From the sequence record SRR2962707_2060: a stretch of DNA of 64,000 bases, one strand, 5' to 3'. Positions within the stretch are counted from its first letter, which is position 1; every line of letters begins with the position of its first letter. The notes beneath the pieces were generated by a model. The model had not been told where the DNA came from, searched no databases, and was given only the letters and a program-made list of their open reading frames with translations. Of the stretch, positions 43,906 to 54,690 are shown in pieces. The position numbers and the translations under genes were made by a program.

Positions 43906-45330
43906 ATGCCTATTGATATTCTTATGCCTGCGCTTTCTCCAACAATGGAAGAAGGCAATCTGTCTAAATGGCTTAAAGCCGAAGGCGACAAGGTAGCGCC
44001 CGGCGATGTGATCGCTGAAATTGAAACCGACAAAGCGACAATGGAAGTTGAAGCGGTCGATGAGGGCACGATTGGTAAAATCGTAGTCGCTGAAGGCACC
44101 GAAGGTGTTAAAGTGAACGCAGTAATTGCTGTGTTGCTAGAAGAAGGCGAAAGCGAATCTGACATTGGTTCTGCGCCGAAAGCTGATGTCCCTGCGAAAA
44201 AAGAAGAAGCCAAATCATCATCTAACGAGGAAGATAAGTCTTCTGCTGATTCTGATGAGAAAGAAAAGCCAGCGAAAACTGCCGCAGCGCCAAAACCTGT
44301 TGCCGTAGAAGTTGCTGCTGATCCTGATTTTCCTGAAGGCACGAAAATGGTGCCGACAACGGTTCGCGTAGCGCTCCGTGATGCGATGGCTGAAGAAATG
44401 CGCGCTGACGGCAAAGTCTTCGTCATGGGCGAAGAAGTGGCTGAATATCAGGGTGCTTATAAAGTGACGCAGGGCTTGCTTGATGAGTTTGGTCCAAAAC
44501 GCGTTGTCGATACGCCAATCACTGAGCATGGCTTTGCCGGTGTCGGCGTTGGTGCTGCGATGAGCGGCCTTCGTCCAATCGTCGAGTTTATGACTTTTAA
44601 CTTTGCCATGCAGGCGATGGACCAAATCGTCAACTCTGCGGCCAAAACGCTCTATATGTCTGGCGGTCAGATGGGGGCGCCGATGGTTTTCCGCGGTCCC
44701 AATGGCGCTGCTGCCCGTGTGGGTGCGCAGCACTCGCAGTGTTATGCGGCTTGGTATTCGCACATTCCGGGCTTGAAGGTTGTTATGCCTTACACTGCGG
44801 CTGACGCTAAAGGCCTGCTTAAAGCGGCTATTCGCGATCCAAACCCTGTGATCTTCCTAGAAAACGAAGTGCTTTACGGTCAGACATTTGATGTGCCTGA
44901 CATGGATGATTTTGTTTTGCCAATCGGCAAAGCGCGTATCCATAAAGAAGGCACGGATTGTACGATCGTTTCGTTCGGTATTGGCATGACCTATGCGATT
45001 AAAGCGGTTGAAGCTTTGGCTGAAGACGGCATTAATTGCGAACTGATCGATTTGCGCACAATCCGTCCGATGGATATGCCTGCGATTATCAAAAGCGTGA
45101 AGAAAACAGGCCGTCTTGTCACTGTTGAAGAAGGTTTCCCGCAATCATCTGTTGGTGATTTCATTGCAAACCGCGTTCAACGCGAAGCTTTTGATTATCT
45201 TGATGCGCCGATCCTTTCTGTAACGGGTAAAGATGTGCCAATGCCTTACGCGGCAAATCTTGAGAAACTCGCTCTGCCAAATGTGGATGAAGTGATCGAC
45301 GCGGTTAAAGCTGTAACTTACGCCGGTTAA
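43906..45330 (+). CDS. pdhB: Pyruvate dehydrogenase E1 beta subunit with N-terminal lipoyl domain
   Basis: MPALSPTM...ETDKATME lipoyl domain; DTPITEHGF and AQHSQ motifs. Confidence 0.98.
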   Translation: MPIDILMPALSPTMEEGNLSKWLKAEGDKVAPGDVIAEIETDKATMEVEAVDEGTIGKIVVAEGTEGVKVNAVIAVLLEEGESESDIGSAPKADVPAKKEEAKSSSNEEDKSSADSDEKEKPAKTAAAPKPVAVEVAADPDFPEGTKMVPTTVRVALRDAMAEEMRADGKVFVMGEEVAEYQGAYKVTQGLLDEFGPKRVVDTPITEHGFAGVGVGAAMSGLRPIVEFMTFNFAMQAMDQIVNSAAKTLYMSGGQMGAPMVFRGPNGAAARVGAQHSQCYAAWYSHIPGLKVVMPYTAADAKGLLKAAIRDPNPVIFLENEVLYGQTFDVPDMDDFVLPIGKARIHKEGTDCTIVSFGIGMTYAIKAVEALAEDGINCELIDLRTIRPMDMPAIIKSVKKTGRLVTVEEGFPQSSVGDFIANRVQREAFDYLDAPILSVTGKDVPMPYAANLEKLALPNVDEVIDAVKAVTYAG

Positions 45331-45575
45331 GGGAGGCATTATGCCAATTAACATCACGATGCCTGCGCTTTCTCCGACAATGGAAGAAGGCAATCTGGCC
45401 AAATGGCTTGTTAAAGAGGGCGATAAAGTCGCCCCCGGTGACGTTATTGCTGAAATCGAGACTGATAAAGCCACGATGGAAGTTGAAGCTGTCGATGAAG
45501 GCACAATTGCCAAGCTCTTGGTCTCAGAAGGCTCTGAGGGCGTGAAGGTCAACGCTGTTATCGCAATTTTGGCTG
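43906..45575 (+). repeat. Paralogous lipoyl-domain coding repeat (about 43906-44140 and 45341-45575)
   Basis: Near-identical ATGCCTGCGCTTTCTCC.ACAATGGAAGAAGGCAATCTG... at the starts of pdhB and pdhC. Confidence 0.85.
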
Positions 45576-46804
45576 AAGAAGGCGAAGACGTTGCTGAAGC
45601 TGCCAAGGGTGGTGACGCTGCTGGCAAAAGCGACGAGAAGCCCAAAGCTGCCGCTTCTGAAGAGACTAAAACCTCAGAACCTGCCAACGATGACACTGAA
45701 AAATCAGATGAAAAGTCTTCGTCGTCTGATGTAAAAGCGACGCCGCTTGCAAAGCGCGTTGCTGGTCAGGAAAATATTGACCTTGGATCTGTCAAAGGCA
45801 CAGGCGCTAAAGGCAAGATAACGCTTAGCGATCTTTCATCAGGCAAAGCAAACGCTGGGTCGCCGGATAAAGGCGACCGCGTATTTGCGTCACCATTGGC
45901 GCGCAGCATTGCCAAAGAAGCTGGTTTTGATGTGGCGCTTGTCGACGGTACAGGCCCTAATGGCCGAATTATTGCGCAAAATGTCAAAGAGTTCGTTGAA
46001 GCTGGCGGTCCGCAGGAAAAAGGCGCGGAACCAGATAAAGTGGAAAGCGTAGCTAAAGAATTGAGCAAAGCTGACGCTAAAATTCTTGGTATGTTTGAAG
46101 AGGGTGATTACAAACTTCTTCCGCACGATGGTATGCGCCGCGTGATTGCGGAGCGTTTGACAGAGAGTGCGCAGACAATACCATCCTATTTCGTCACAAT
46201 GCAGTGCGAATTGGATGCGTTGCTCGCTCTTCGTAGCCAAATGAACTCTGCAGCCCGCTATGTTGATGACAAGCCTGCTTACAAAATTTCGGTCAATGAT
46301 TTTATTGTAAAAGCAATGGCTATGGCTTTGCAGGCTGTTCCAATGGCCAACGCGGCTTGGTCTGCCGATAATCGTATCTTGCACAAGCATTCTGATGTCG
46401 GTGTTGCGGTTGCAGTTCCAGATGGTTTGTTTACGCCGATTGTACGTAAAGCGGAATTGAAAACGCTTAGCCAGATATCCGAAGAAATTAAGGATATGGC
46501 TGGCCGTGCAAAGAAGAAGAAGCTTGCGCCGCATGAATATCAGGGTGGTTCGACAGCTGTGTCTAATCTGGGTATGTTTGGCGTTGATAATTTCACCTCG
46601 ATCATTAACCCACCGCATGCTTCTATCGTTTCTATTGGTGCCGGCTCTCAGCAGGCAGTCGTTAAAAATAATGAGATCGTTATTGCGAATGTGATGAGCG
46701 CTACTTTTGCGTTTGATCACCGTGTTATTGATGGCGCATTGGGTGCTCAACTTGCTAAAGCGTTCAAAGAATATATTGAAAAACCAGCAGGGATGTTGGC
46801 TTAG
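45341..46804 (+). CDS. pdhC: Pyruvate dehydrogenase E2 dihydrolipoamide acetyltransferase
   Basis: Lipoyl domain, two peripheral-subunit-binding-like repeats, SNLGM, DHRVIDG catalytic motif. Confidence 0.97.
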   Translation: MPINITMPALSPTMEEGNLAKWLVKEGDKVAPGDVIAEIETDKATMEVEAVDEGTIAKLLVSEGSEGVKVNAVIAILAEEGEDVAEAAKGGDAAGKSDEKPKAAASEETKTSEPANDDTEKSDEKSSSSDVKATPLAKRVAGQENIDLGSVKGTGAKGKITLSDLSSGKANAGSPDKGDRVFASPLARSIAKEAGFDVALVDGTGPNGRIIAQNVKEFVEAGGPQEKGAEPDKVESVAKELSKADAKILGMFEEGDYKLLPHDGMRRVIAERLTESAQTIPSYFVTMQCELDALLALRSQMNSAARYVDDKPAYKISVNDFIVKAMAMALQAVPMANAAWSADNRILHKHSDVGVAVAVPDGLFTPIVRKAELKTLSQISEEIKDMAGRAKKKKLAPHEYQGGSTAVSNLGMFGVDNFTSIINPPHASIVSIGAGSQQAVVKNNEIVIANVMSATFAFDHRVIDGALGAQLAKAFKEYIEKPAGMLA

Positions 46805-46812
46805 GGGACAAA

Positions 46813-47466
46813 ATGGCCAATTTGAAAACTGTTCTTTGTTATGGGGACTCGCTGACTTGGGGATCAAACCCTTATGGCGGTACCCGTCATCCAGCCAGTC
46901 ACCGCTGGTCAGATGTTTTGTCGGAGGCTTTAGGCGATAAGGCTGAGGTTCTCACTGATGGTCTTCGCGGCCGCACTACGGCTTATGACGAACACTTAGC
47001 CGATTGCGATCGTAACGGCGCTCGTTGTTTGCCAACGGCACTTTATAGCCATGCGCCGGTTGATTTATTGATCTTGATGCTCGGTACAAATGATATGAAG
47101 CCGCATATTGCGGGCACAGCTATTGCCGCTATTCAGGGTATGCGCCGCTTGGTTCAAATTGCGCAACAGCATAGCCAAGGCATGACAGATGGGCACAAAG
47201 CTAAGGTCTTGATTGTGGCGCCGCCGGCACTTGTGCCGACAAATAACCGCGAATTAAGCGCCATGTTTGCAGGCGGCATCGAAGAAAGCGAAAAGCTTGC
47301 TTCGCTTTATGCCAATCTCGCCGCTGAAATGGGCACTGCTTTCTTTGATGCAGGGCGCGTTGCAAAAGCTTCTCCCCTCGATGGCGTTCATTTGGATGCT
47401 GAAAATACAAAAGCAATCGGTACTGCATTAGCACCTATTGTTCACGACATAATCTCAGCTTTGTAA
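46813..47466 (+). CDS. SGNH/GDSL hydrolase (arylesterase-like)
   Basis: GDSLTWG block I, GL.GRTT, LGTND, DGVH. Confidence 0.93.
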   Translation: MANLKTVLCYGDSLTWGSNPYGGTRHPASHRWSDVLSEALGDKAEVLTDGLRGRTTAYDEHLADCDRNGARCLPTALYSHAPVDLLILMLGTNDMKPHIAGTAIAAIQGMRRLVQIAQQHSQGMTDGHKAKVLIVAPPALVPTNNRELSAMFAGGIEESEKLASLYANLAAEMGTAFFDAGRVAKASPLDGVHLDAENTKAIGTALAPIVHDIISAL

Positions 47467-47488
47467 AAGCAGAAATAGGAGTGCCGAT

Positions 47489-48937
47489 ATGGCTGACAAT
47501 AATTATGATGTGATCATCATTGGTTCTGGCCCGGGCGGCTATGTAACCGCCATTCGGTCTGCCCAACTGGGTTTGAAAACAGCAATTGTGGAGCGTGAAC
47601 ATCTCGGCGGTATTTGTCTTAATTGGGGTTGTATCCCAACAAAGGCGCTACTCCGTTCGGGTGAAATGCTCGATTTCGCTAAACGCTCGTCTGAATATGG
47701 TCTAAAGCTTGAAGGGACAATCACTGCTGATATTAGCGCAGTTGTTGAGCGCTCGCGCGGTGTTTCTAAACGTCTTAATGGCGGCGTTGCCATGTTGATG
47801 AAGAAGAACAAAATTGATGTGATTTGGGGCGAAGCCAAACTTGCAGGCAAAGGCAAAATCACCGTTGGCGCATCGTCTAAAAAGGCAATGGAGCCACAAA
47901 ATCCAGTTCCTAAAAATATTTTGGGTGAGGGCGAGTATTCGGCCAAGCATATTATCGTTGCAACAGGCGCACGTCCGCGCGCTTTGCCGGGCATCGAGCC
48001 TGATGGCAAATTGATCTGGACTTATTTCGAGGCGATGGTGCCGAAAGAATTGCCGAAAAAGCTGATCGTGATGGGTTCTGGCGCCATTGGCATTGAATTC
48101 GCATCGTTTTACCATTCGATGGGCTGTGATGTCACGGTTGTTGAATTGATGCCGAACATTATGCCTGTTGAAGATGTTGAAGTTTCAACGATTGCGCATA
48201 AAGCCATGAAGAAGCATGGGCTTAACATCATCACCGAAGCTAAGATCGTTAAGGTTGAGAAAAAGGATAATTCTATCGTTGCCCATATTGAAGGCAAGGA
48301 CGGCAAGGTCACTGAAATGGAAGCAGATCGAATGATCTCTGCGGTCGGCGTTCAGGGCAATATCGAAAATCTCGGTCTTGAAGATCTCGGCATAAAAACA
48401 GATCGCGGTTGTATCGTGATCGATGGTTACGGCAAGACAAATGTTGAAGGCATTTATGCCATTGGCGATGTTGCAGGTCCTCCAATGCTAGCCCATAAGG
48501 CTGAGCATGAAGGCGTTATCTGCGTTGAAAAAATTGCTGGTTTGCCCGGCGTTCATCCGATGGAACGAGATAAGATTCCTGGTTGTACTTATTGCCACCC
48601 GCAGGTTGCCTCTGTTGGCATGACTGAAGCCAAAGCCAAAGAAGCAGGCATCGATATTCGGGTCGGCCGCTATCCGTTCCTCGCCAATGGCAAAGCGATT
48701 GCACTTGGCGAAGACAATGGGTTGATCAAGGTGATCTTTAACAAGAAAACAGGTGAGTTGATTGGCGCTCATATGGTTGGCGCTGAGGTGACTGAACTCA
48801 TACAAGGCTTTGTTGTCGCAATGAATTTGGAGACAACCGAAGAAGAATTAATGCACACCGTATTCCCGCATCCGACTTTGTCTGAAATGATGAAGGAAAG
48901 TGTGCTTGATGCATATGGGCGTGTATTGAATGCCTAA
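47489..48937 (+). CDS. lpdA: Dihydrolipoamide dehydrogenase (E3)
   Basis: GSGPGGY, GGICLNWGCIPTK redox disulfide, HPTLSE. Confidence 0.99.
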   Translation: MADNNYDVIIIGSGPGGYVTAIRSAQLGLKTAIVEREHLGGICLNWGCIPTKALLRSGEMLDFAKRSSEYGLKLEGTITADISAVVERSRGVSKRLNGGVAMLMKKNKIDVIWGEAKLAGKGKITVGASSKKAMEPQNPVPKNILGEGEYSAKHIIVATGARPRALPGIEPDGKLIWTYFEAMVPKELPKKLIVMGSGAIGIEFASFYHSMGCDVTVVELMPNIMPVEDVEVSTIAHKAMKKHGLNIITEAKIVKVEKKDNSIVAHIEGKDGKVTEMEADRMISAVGVQGNIENLGLEDLGIKTDRGCIVIDGYGKTNVEGIYAIGDVAGPPMLAHKAEHEGVICVEKIAGLPGVHPMERDKIPGCTYCHPQVASVGMTEAKAKEAGIDIRVGRYPFLANGKAIALGEDNGLIKVIFNKKTGELIGAHMVGAEVTELIQGFVVAMNLETTEEELMHTVFPHPTLSEMMKESVLDAYGRVLNA

Positions 48938-49220
48938 TGGCCGCCGCAAAGGAATTGTGCTTTTATCGCGCAATTCCAAGCTGTGGCAAACTGCAGGCTG
49001 GAAAACCCTAAAAAGAAGCACTATTTGGTTCATTGTGCTGGGATTTGTTGGCTCTGCATCTTCTATGCTCGGCGAAGGCGGTGTTACCTTCAATGGAATG
49101 CTGATAAGCGGCTGGAAAGGCGTTTGGTACACCACACTCATTATGGCAGTTGCCGGCTTTGCATTTGGCTGTATTTGGCTGCTTTTGTTTCGGGCGCTAG
49201 CGCTGGCGTCAAAAAATTAA
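48930..49220 (+). CDS. Small hypothetical membrane protein (two predicted TM segments)
   Basis: Fills the lpdA-lipA gap, overlaps the lpdA stop, two hydrophobic stretches; start uncertain. Confidence 0.5.
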   Translation: MPNGRRKGIVLLSRNSKLWQTAGWKTLKRSTIWFIVLGFVGSASSMLGEGGVTFNGMLISGWKGVWYTTLIMAVAGFAFGCIWLLLFRALALASKN

Positions 49221-49231
49221 GGTCTACTACT

Positions 49232-50200
49232 ATGGTAACCATTCTTGATACATCGCGTCCTTCTGGTAAAGCGCGCCACCCTGAAAAGGCACATCGTCCC
49301 GATCAGCCGGTGCAAAAGCGCAAGCCTGATTGGATTCGCGTTAAAGCACCGACTTCAAAAGGCTTTCACGAGACCAATGAAATCGTAAAGTCACATAATC
49401 TTGTGACGGTTTGCGGCGAGGCGGGTTGTCCAAATATTGGCGAATGCTGGTCACAGAAGCACGCGTCTTTCATGATTATGGGCGATATCTGCACACGCGC
49501 TTGCGCCTTTTGTAATGTGGCGACTGGTATGCCTGGCTCGCTGGATAAGGAAGAGCCGGTAAACGTTGCCAAAGCCGTTAAAAAAATGGGCTTGAAGCAT
49601 GTCGTGATCACATCAGTTGACCGCGATGATCTAGATGATGGCGGCGCACAGCATTTCGTAGAGACGATTGAAGCTATTCGCCTCATTTCTCCTGAAACAA
49701 CGATTGAGATTTTGACGCCGGACTTTTTGCGCAAAGAGGGCGCTTTGGAAAAAGTAGTCGCGGCAAAGCCTGACGTGTTCAACCACAATTTGGAAACAGT
49801 ACCATCGAATTATCTCAAGGTTCGTCCGGGCGCGCGTTATTTCCATTCAATTCGCCTGCTGCAGCGGGTTAAAGAGCTTGATCCGACGATCTTCACAAAA
49901 TCTGGCATTATGGTTGGACTTGGCGAAGAGCGTAACGAAGTGCTGCAACTGATGGATGATCTGCGCACTGGTGATGTCGATTTCTTGACTATTGGCCAAT
50001 ATTTGCAGCCGACGAAAAAGCACCATGAAGTGGTGCGCTTTGTGACGCCTGATGAATTTAAGTCCTATGAGACAGTAGCTTATACCAAAGGTTTCTTGAT
50101 GGTATCTGCGAGCCCGCTCACACGCTCTTCGCATCATGCCGGTTCTGACTTTGAACAATTGCGTGCAAACCGTCAGGCGAAACTTCAAGCGGTAGGTTAA
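49232..50200 (+). CDS. lipA: Lipoyl synthase
   Basis: MVTILD start; CxxxxCPNxxEC and CTRACAFC clusters; RSSH motif. Confidence 0.98.
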   Translation: MVTILDTSRPSGKARHPEKAHRPDQPVQKRKPDWIRVKAPTSKGFHETNEIVKSHNLVTVCGEAGCPNIGECWSQKHASFMIMGDICTRACAFCNVATGMPGSLDKEEPVNVAKAVKKMGLKHVVITSVDRDDLDDGGAQHFVETIEAIRLISPETTIEILTPDFLRKEGALEKVVAAKPDVFNHNLETVPSNYLKVRPGARYFHSIRLLQRVKELDPTIFTKSGIMVGLGEERNEVLQLMDDLRTGDVDFLTIGQYLQPTKKHHEVVRFVTPDEFKSYETVAYTKGFLMVSASPLTRSSHHAGSDFEQLRANRQAKLQAVG

Positions 50201-50202
50201 AA

Positions 50203-50646
50203 ATGCCTCGCTTTGAGACGACGCGCATCGTCAATCACTCTGCAGCAAATATGTTTGCGCTGATTGCGGATATTGAAAAATATCCGCAATTTGTGCCGCT
50301 GTGCGAAAATATCAATATTCGCCAGACGTTAGAACGCGATGAGAAGACAATGCTTATCGCTGATATGACAGTCGGCTATAAGGCAATTCGTGAGAGCTTT
50401 ACATCTAAAGTGCTGCTGATCGAGCCGGAAAAGCGCATCAATGTTTCCTATGTCGACGGGCCTTTTAAGTTTCTGGATAATCGCTGGACATTTAGCGATT
50501 TAGAAAATGGGCGCTGCGAAGTTCATTTCTTCATCGAATATGAATTTAAAAGCAAAATGCTCGCGATTTTAATGGGCGGCATGTTTGACCGCGCATTTCG
50601 TGTTTTCGCTGAAGCATTTGAAAAACGAGCAGACGAAATCTACTGA
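50203..50646 (+). CDS. RatA/PasT/Coq10-family START-domain protein
   Basis: DIEKYPQFVPLC, ESFTS.V, GPFK.L.N.W.F and AFEKRA motifs; follows lipA. Confidence 0.93.
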   Translation: MPRFETTRIVNHSAANMFALIADIEKYPQFVPLCENINIRQTLERDEKTMLIADMTVGYKAIRESFTSKVLLIEPEKRINVSYVDGPFKFLDNRWTFSDLENGRCEVHFFIEYEFKSKMLAILMGGMFDRAFRVFAEAFEKRADEIY

Positions 50647-51200
50647 AGTCTGTCTGCTTCTTCCTCTTCATCGTCGTCTGTTTTATCCGGCGCTTCTTTG
50701 AGCGTTTCAATCAAAATCATCAATGCCGTCATAACCGTCTGCATACGGATTGCATCGCGGCCATGATCTTCAAATTGGCGGCTAATGGTGAATGTTGGCG
50801 CCCAATCGCAAGCACAGCCAAACCAGACGAGACCAACGGGTTTTTCTTCGGTGCCGCCACCAGGACCAGCAATGCCCGTTACAGAAATGGCAATGTCGGC
50901 AGGGCTTTTTTGAAGTGCGCCTTTTGCCATTGCTTCGGCAACTTCTTGCGATACAGCGCCTGGTCCACCTTCTTCAAAATACTCAGCTGGTACGTCCAGC
51001 ATTTCGTTTTTCGCATCGTTGGAATAGGTGATGTAACCACGGTCGAGGACCGCGCTTGCGCCGGGAATATCCGTGATGATGCCTGCAATTAGGCCGCCTG
51101 TGCAGCTTTCTGCCGTTGCAACCGTAAAGCCACGCGCTGCGAAGGATTCCACCGTTTCAATTGCTAGCGCGGTGAGGGGATTTTCTTGCATATCGCTCAT
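50640..51200 (-). CDS. CinA C-terminal domain protein (NMN deamidase PncC-like)
   Basis: TAESCTGG, TYSN.AK and TGIAGPGGG...KPVGLV motifs. Confidence 0.93.
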   Translation of the reverse strand: MSDMQENPLTALAIETVESFAARGFTVATAESCTGGLIAGIITDIPGASAVLDRGYITYSNDAKNEMLDVPAEYFEEGGPGAVSQEVAEAMAKGALQKSPADIAISVTGIAGPGGGTEEKPVGLVWFGCACDWAPTFTISRQFEDHGRDAIRMQTVMTALMILIETLKEAPDKTDDDEEEEADRLQ

Positions 51201-52420
51201 TTTGATACTCCATAGGCAACACTTGCGGTGGCAATCGCTGCAATTCCTTCTTCGCGACCAATAAAGCCCATTCGTTCATTCGTCGTGGCTTTTACCGAAC
51301 AGCGAACCAGATCAATGCCCAAAAGGCTCGATAGGTTTTCACGCATCGCTAATCGGTGTGGCGCGATCTTTGGTGCTTCGCACACCAGTGTAACATCTGC
51401 ATTCATGATTGTCCCGCCATTGTCACGCACAATTTCTACAGCTCGGGTTAGAAAAACGTGGCTGGCCATGCCTTTCCACTGTGGGTCAGTAGGTGGAAAA
51501 TGATCGCCAATATCGCCTGCGCCGCAGGTGGCGAGCAGCGCATCGGTTAAAGCGTGCAGACCAACATCCGCATCGGAATGGCCAGACAGCGCGCGCGTAA
51601 ACGGTATATCTATGCCGCAAAGGATTACCTTATCTCCATCGCCAAACCGGTGGACGTCATAACCGTTGCCGGTGCGAATATCTGGCATTTGATAGATCAT
51701 GCGCGATGTATCCTCCTGAGGAAAGTCAGCCTTGTAGGTCAATTTTATATTGGCAGGATCGCCCTCAACGATGCGAACCGGCAAGCCAATCCATTCAAAC
51801 AATGCCGCGTCATCGGTAAACTTGCTCATGCCTTGGTTGGCGGCTTTTTGGTGCGCCTCAAATATCGCGGTCATTGGAAATGTCTGCGGTGTTTGTGCGC
51901 GATGCATGTTGCTGCGCGAAGCCGTGCCCGTTACCAAATCATCATCGACGGTTTTGAGCGTTTCGGTGACCGCGATTGTCGGCAGTACACCGTATTCGGG
52001 ATAGGCACCCGCAGTTTCCAATATACGCCAAAGCAGCTCTTCTGTGACAAAGGGACGTGCTGCATCATGGATCATTACGTGGCTGATATGCGGCGCGGCA
52101 GATTTAAGTGCTTTCAGGCCTTCAAAAACAGATTCTTGCCTGCTCGGTCCGCCATCAACGATGTGACAGTTCTTGGTATCGATTTTGTCGGTCGCTTGCT
52201 TAAACAGTTCATGGTCATCGGGATGAATAACGATTGCAATATTGTTCTGCGGTATGATGTTTGCGAATGCGGTAATGCTCTGACCAACTACTGTGCTATT
52301 GGCCAGTTTTCGATATTGCTTTGGCCCATTTTCCATGCCAGCACGCTCACCACGACCGGCGGCCACGATTATCAAGCCAATTGAATTTTGCAGTGTTTGA
52401 GACAATATCCCGTGACCCAT
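51197..52420 (-). CDS. ispDF: Bifunctional IspD/IspF
   Basis: AAGRGER..PKQY, IHDAARP, QTPQ; GNGYDVH, HSDADVGLHA, KATTNE. Confidence 0.97.
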   Translation of the reverse strand: MGHGILSQTLQNSIGLIIVAAGRGERAGMENGPKQYRKLANSTVVGQSITAFANIIPQNNIAIVIHPDDHELFKQATDKIDTKNCHIVDGGPSRQESVFEGLKALKSAAPHISHVMIHDAARPFVTEELLWRILETAGAYPEYGVLPTIAVTETLKTVDDDLVTGTASRSNMHRAQTPQTFPMTAIFEAHQKAANQGMSKFTDDAALFEWIGLPVRIVEGDPANIKLTYKADFPQEDTSRMIYQMPDIRTGNGYDVHRFGDGDKVILCGIDIPFTRALSGHSDADVGLHALTDALLATCGAGDIGDHFPPTDPQWKGMASHVFLTRAVEIVRDNGGTIMNADVTLVCEAPKIAPHRLAMRENLSSLLGIDLVRCSVKATTNERMGFIGREEGIAAIATASVAYGVSK

Positions 52421-52478
52421 TTTGTTTAACTTTAATGCCGGTTTAACACAGGACTATCATTGCGCAATTGAGAAGTTA

Positions 52479-52524
52479 TGTATAAAGATTGGGCAATTAA
52501 TATTAGATGCTTAAAAAATAGACA
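52479..52524. promoter_or_regulatory. Tandem NtrC-type boxes immediately upstream of dusB-ntrBC
   Basis: TGTATAAAGATTGGGCA (52479-95) and TGCTTAAAAAATAGACA (52508-24); the latter matches the glnB box at 15/17 positions. Confidence 0.75.
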
Positions 52525-52528
52525 TTAG

Positions 52529-53557
52529 ATGGCGCGTTTGAATGAAAAATTACAGGTAGGGCCGGTTACTTTGCGTAATCGCGTGATTGCCGCGCCATTA
52601 TCAGGTGTGAGTGATTTGCCTTTTCGTCAGCGTACTTGGGATGGTGGTGCCGGTCTTGTGGTCAGTGAGATGATCGCCAGCCGTGAATTTTGCACGACGT
52701 CAAAAGAATCCGCAAAGCGCGCTTTATGTGAGAACAACGGTCCAAAAATGCTTCAATTGGCTGGCCGCGAAGCGCACTGGATGGGTGAGGCGGCGAGAAT
52801 TGCTGAAGATGGCGGCGCTGATATTATCGACATCAATATGGGGTGTCCCGCACGCAAGGTGACTGGCGGCGTATCTGGTTCAGCGTTGATGCGTGATTTG
52901 GACCATGCAATGACGCTCATCGAAGCAACTGTTAAGGCAGTCAAACTGCCCGTGACCCTTAAAATGCGCCTCGGCTGGGATGAAGAATCAATCAACGCAC
53001 CGGAGCTTGCGCGCCGTGCTGTCGATGCCGGTGTTCAGATGATTACCGTGCATGGTCGTACCCGATGTCAGTTTTACGAAGGTAGCGCCGATTGGAATGC
53101 CATTGCGGCAGTGCGCGATGTCATCGATGTACCGCTGGTCGTTAATGGCGATATTGTTGATCTTGCGTCTGCGGAAAAGGCTATAAAGCTCTCCGGTGCT
53201 GATGCGGTGATGGTTGGTCGTATTGCCTATGGCGCACCGTGGGTCGTGGGTGACTTAGTTCGTGCCGCCGCAGGTGAAGCGCCGTTGCTCGAAAGTGGGA
53301 TTGATTTATCTGCCTATATTATCAGCCATTATCACGACATGCTGGCGCACTATGGTGAACGGGTCGGCATCCGTCATGCGCGCAAACATCTTGGTTGGTA
53401 TATGGATCGGCATGCGGCACTGGTCGATGGCGAAATCCGCCAGAAAATCATGCAGTCGCACGACCCCATTAAAGTAGAAGAATTACTGGTTGCGCTTTTT
53501 GAAGGCAATTCAACAACACAAATCGTTCGCGATATTGCAAATCAGGAGGCCGCATAG
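52529..53557 (+). CDS. dusB: tRNA-dihydrouridine synthase B (NifR3)
   Basis: [20 protein letters not shown] and NGDI motifs; upstream of ntrBC. Confidence 0.96.
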   Translation: MARLNEKLQVGPVTLRNRVIAAPLSGVSDLPFRQRTWDGGAGLVVSEMIASREFCTTSKESAKRALCENNGPKMLQLAGREAHWMGEAARIAEDGGADIIDINMGCPARKVTGGVSGSALMRDLDHAMTLIEATVKAVKLPVTLKMRLGWDEESINAPELARRAVDAGVQMITVHGRTRCQFYEGSADWNAIAAVRDVIDVPLVVNGDIVDLASAEKAIKLSGADAVMVGRIAYGAPWVVGDLVRAAAGEAPLLESGIDLSAYIISHYHDMLAHYGERVGIRHARKHLGWYMDRHAALVDGEIRQKIMQSHDPIKVEELLVALFEGNSTTQIVRDIANQEAA

Positions 53558-53558
53558 G

Positions 53559-54668
53559 GTGGGCAAATCCAGCAAAGAACTTTCGATGGCCGGACGTGCG
53601 CGCCGTGTATTAGATACGCTCAGTGATCCAATCATCATGATCGATATTGATAATGTAATCACGTTTGCGAATTTGGATGCTGAGTATTTTTTCTCATCCT
53701 CGTTCTCCTTAATGTCACGTCAGAAGATCGACGATTATGTTTCATTTTCAAGCCCCTTACTGGCACTTATTGAACAAGTACGTTCAGAAAGTTCGGCCAT
53801 CAATGAATACCGCGTAGACCTTTCTTCGCCGCGCATTGGTTCAGACAAAATCGTAGATATACATGTCACGCCGACACCTGAAGAAAAGGGAGCGATGGTC
53901 ATTGTGTTTCGTGAACGCTCAATGGCCGATAAGATGGACCGTCAAATGACCCATCGCGGTGCGGCGCGCTCCGTCACTGGACTTGCTGCGATGCTCGGCC
54001 ATGAAATTAAAAATCCATTGTCTGGCATACGCGGCGCGGCGCAGTTGTTGGAAACAGTTGTCAGCGATGAAGACCGTCCACTGGCGCAGCTTATCCGCGA
54101 TGAAAGCGACCGCATTGTTCAGCTGGTTGACCGGATGGAAGTGTTCTCCGACGAGCGCCCGATCGATCCTGATCCAGTGAATATTCACGTTGTGTTGGAC
54201 CGCGTATACCAGATTGCGAAATCTGGGTTTGGCAGCGATGTGCAGTTCACGAAAGATTTTGACCCTTCGCTACCGTTTGTCGGCGGCAATCAAGATCAGT
54301 TGATCCAAGTGTTTTTGAACTTGGTGAAAAACGCCTGTGAAGCTGTCGCAGAAGTTGAACGTCCGCGCATTAAGCTGAAAACGGCTTACCGTCCAGGTGT
54401 ACGTCTTTCCATTCCTGGCCTGACGGAACGTGTTTCGTTGCCGCTTGAATTTAGCGTTGAAGATAATGGCACGGGCGTTCCTGAAGAAATTCAAAACTAT
54501 ATGTTTGATGCTTTCATCACGACGAAGACCAATGGTTCAGGGTTAGGCCTAGCGCTGGTTGCTAAATTTGTTGGCGATCATGGTGGTGTCATCGAGTGCG
54601 ATAGCCAGCCGGGCAAAACCATTTTTAGAATTCTAATGCCAGCAATTGCCAAAGAGCTGGAACAATGA
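53559..54668 (+). CDS. ntrB: Nitrogen regulation sensor histidine kinase NtrB
   Basis: PAS-like N-terminus, [38 protein letters not shown] start 9 nt after AGGAGG. Confidence 0.96.
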   Translation: MGKSSKELSMAGRARRVLDTLSDPIIMIDIDNVITFANLDAEYFFSSSFSLMSRQKIDDYVSFSSPLLALIEQVRSESSAINEYRVDLSSPRIGSDKIVDIHVTPTPEEKGAMVIVFRERSMADKMDRQMTHRGAARSVTGLAAMLGHEIKNPLSGIRGAAQLLETVVSDEDRPLAQLIRDESDRIVQLVDRMEVFSDERPIDPDPVNIHVVLDRVYQIAKSGFGSDVQFTKDFDPSLPFVGGNQDQLIQVFLNLVKNACEAVAEVERPRIKLKTAYRPGVRLSIPGLTERVSLPLEFSVEDNGTGVPEEIQNYMFDAFITTKTNGSGLGLALVAKFVGDHGGVIECDSQPGKTIFRILMPAIAKELEQ

Positions 54669-54690
54669 TTTTTGAAGGAATGAACGCGTA

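Noticed and set aside
43686-45696. Two similar antisense ORFs (246 and 183 aa) sharing repeated sequence
   Set aside because: Mirror of the duplicated lipoyl domains of pdhB and pdhC
45890-46867. 325-aa antisense ORF opposite pdhC
   Set aside because: Shadow ORF of a codon-biased essential gene; no recognisable motifs or RBS
48983-49231. 83-aa N-terminal extension of LipA in the ORF track
   Set aside because: Alphaproteobacterial LipA begins MVTILD at 49232; the extension is an open-frame artefact overlapping another ORF
50203-50646. RatA as a toxin of a toxin-antitoxin system
   Set aside because: No RatB partner adjacent; the family is Coq10-like and sits in its usual position after lipA
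51554-52384. 276-aa ORF antisense to ispDF
   Set aside because: Lies entirely within a well-supported gene on the other strand; implausible composition
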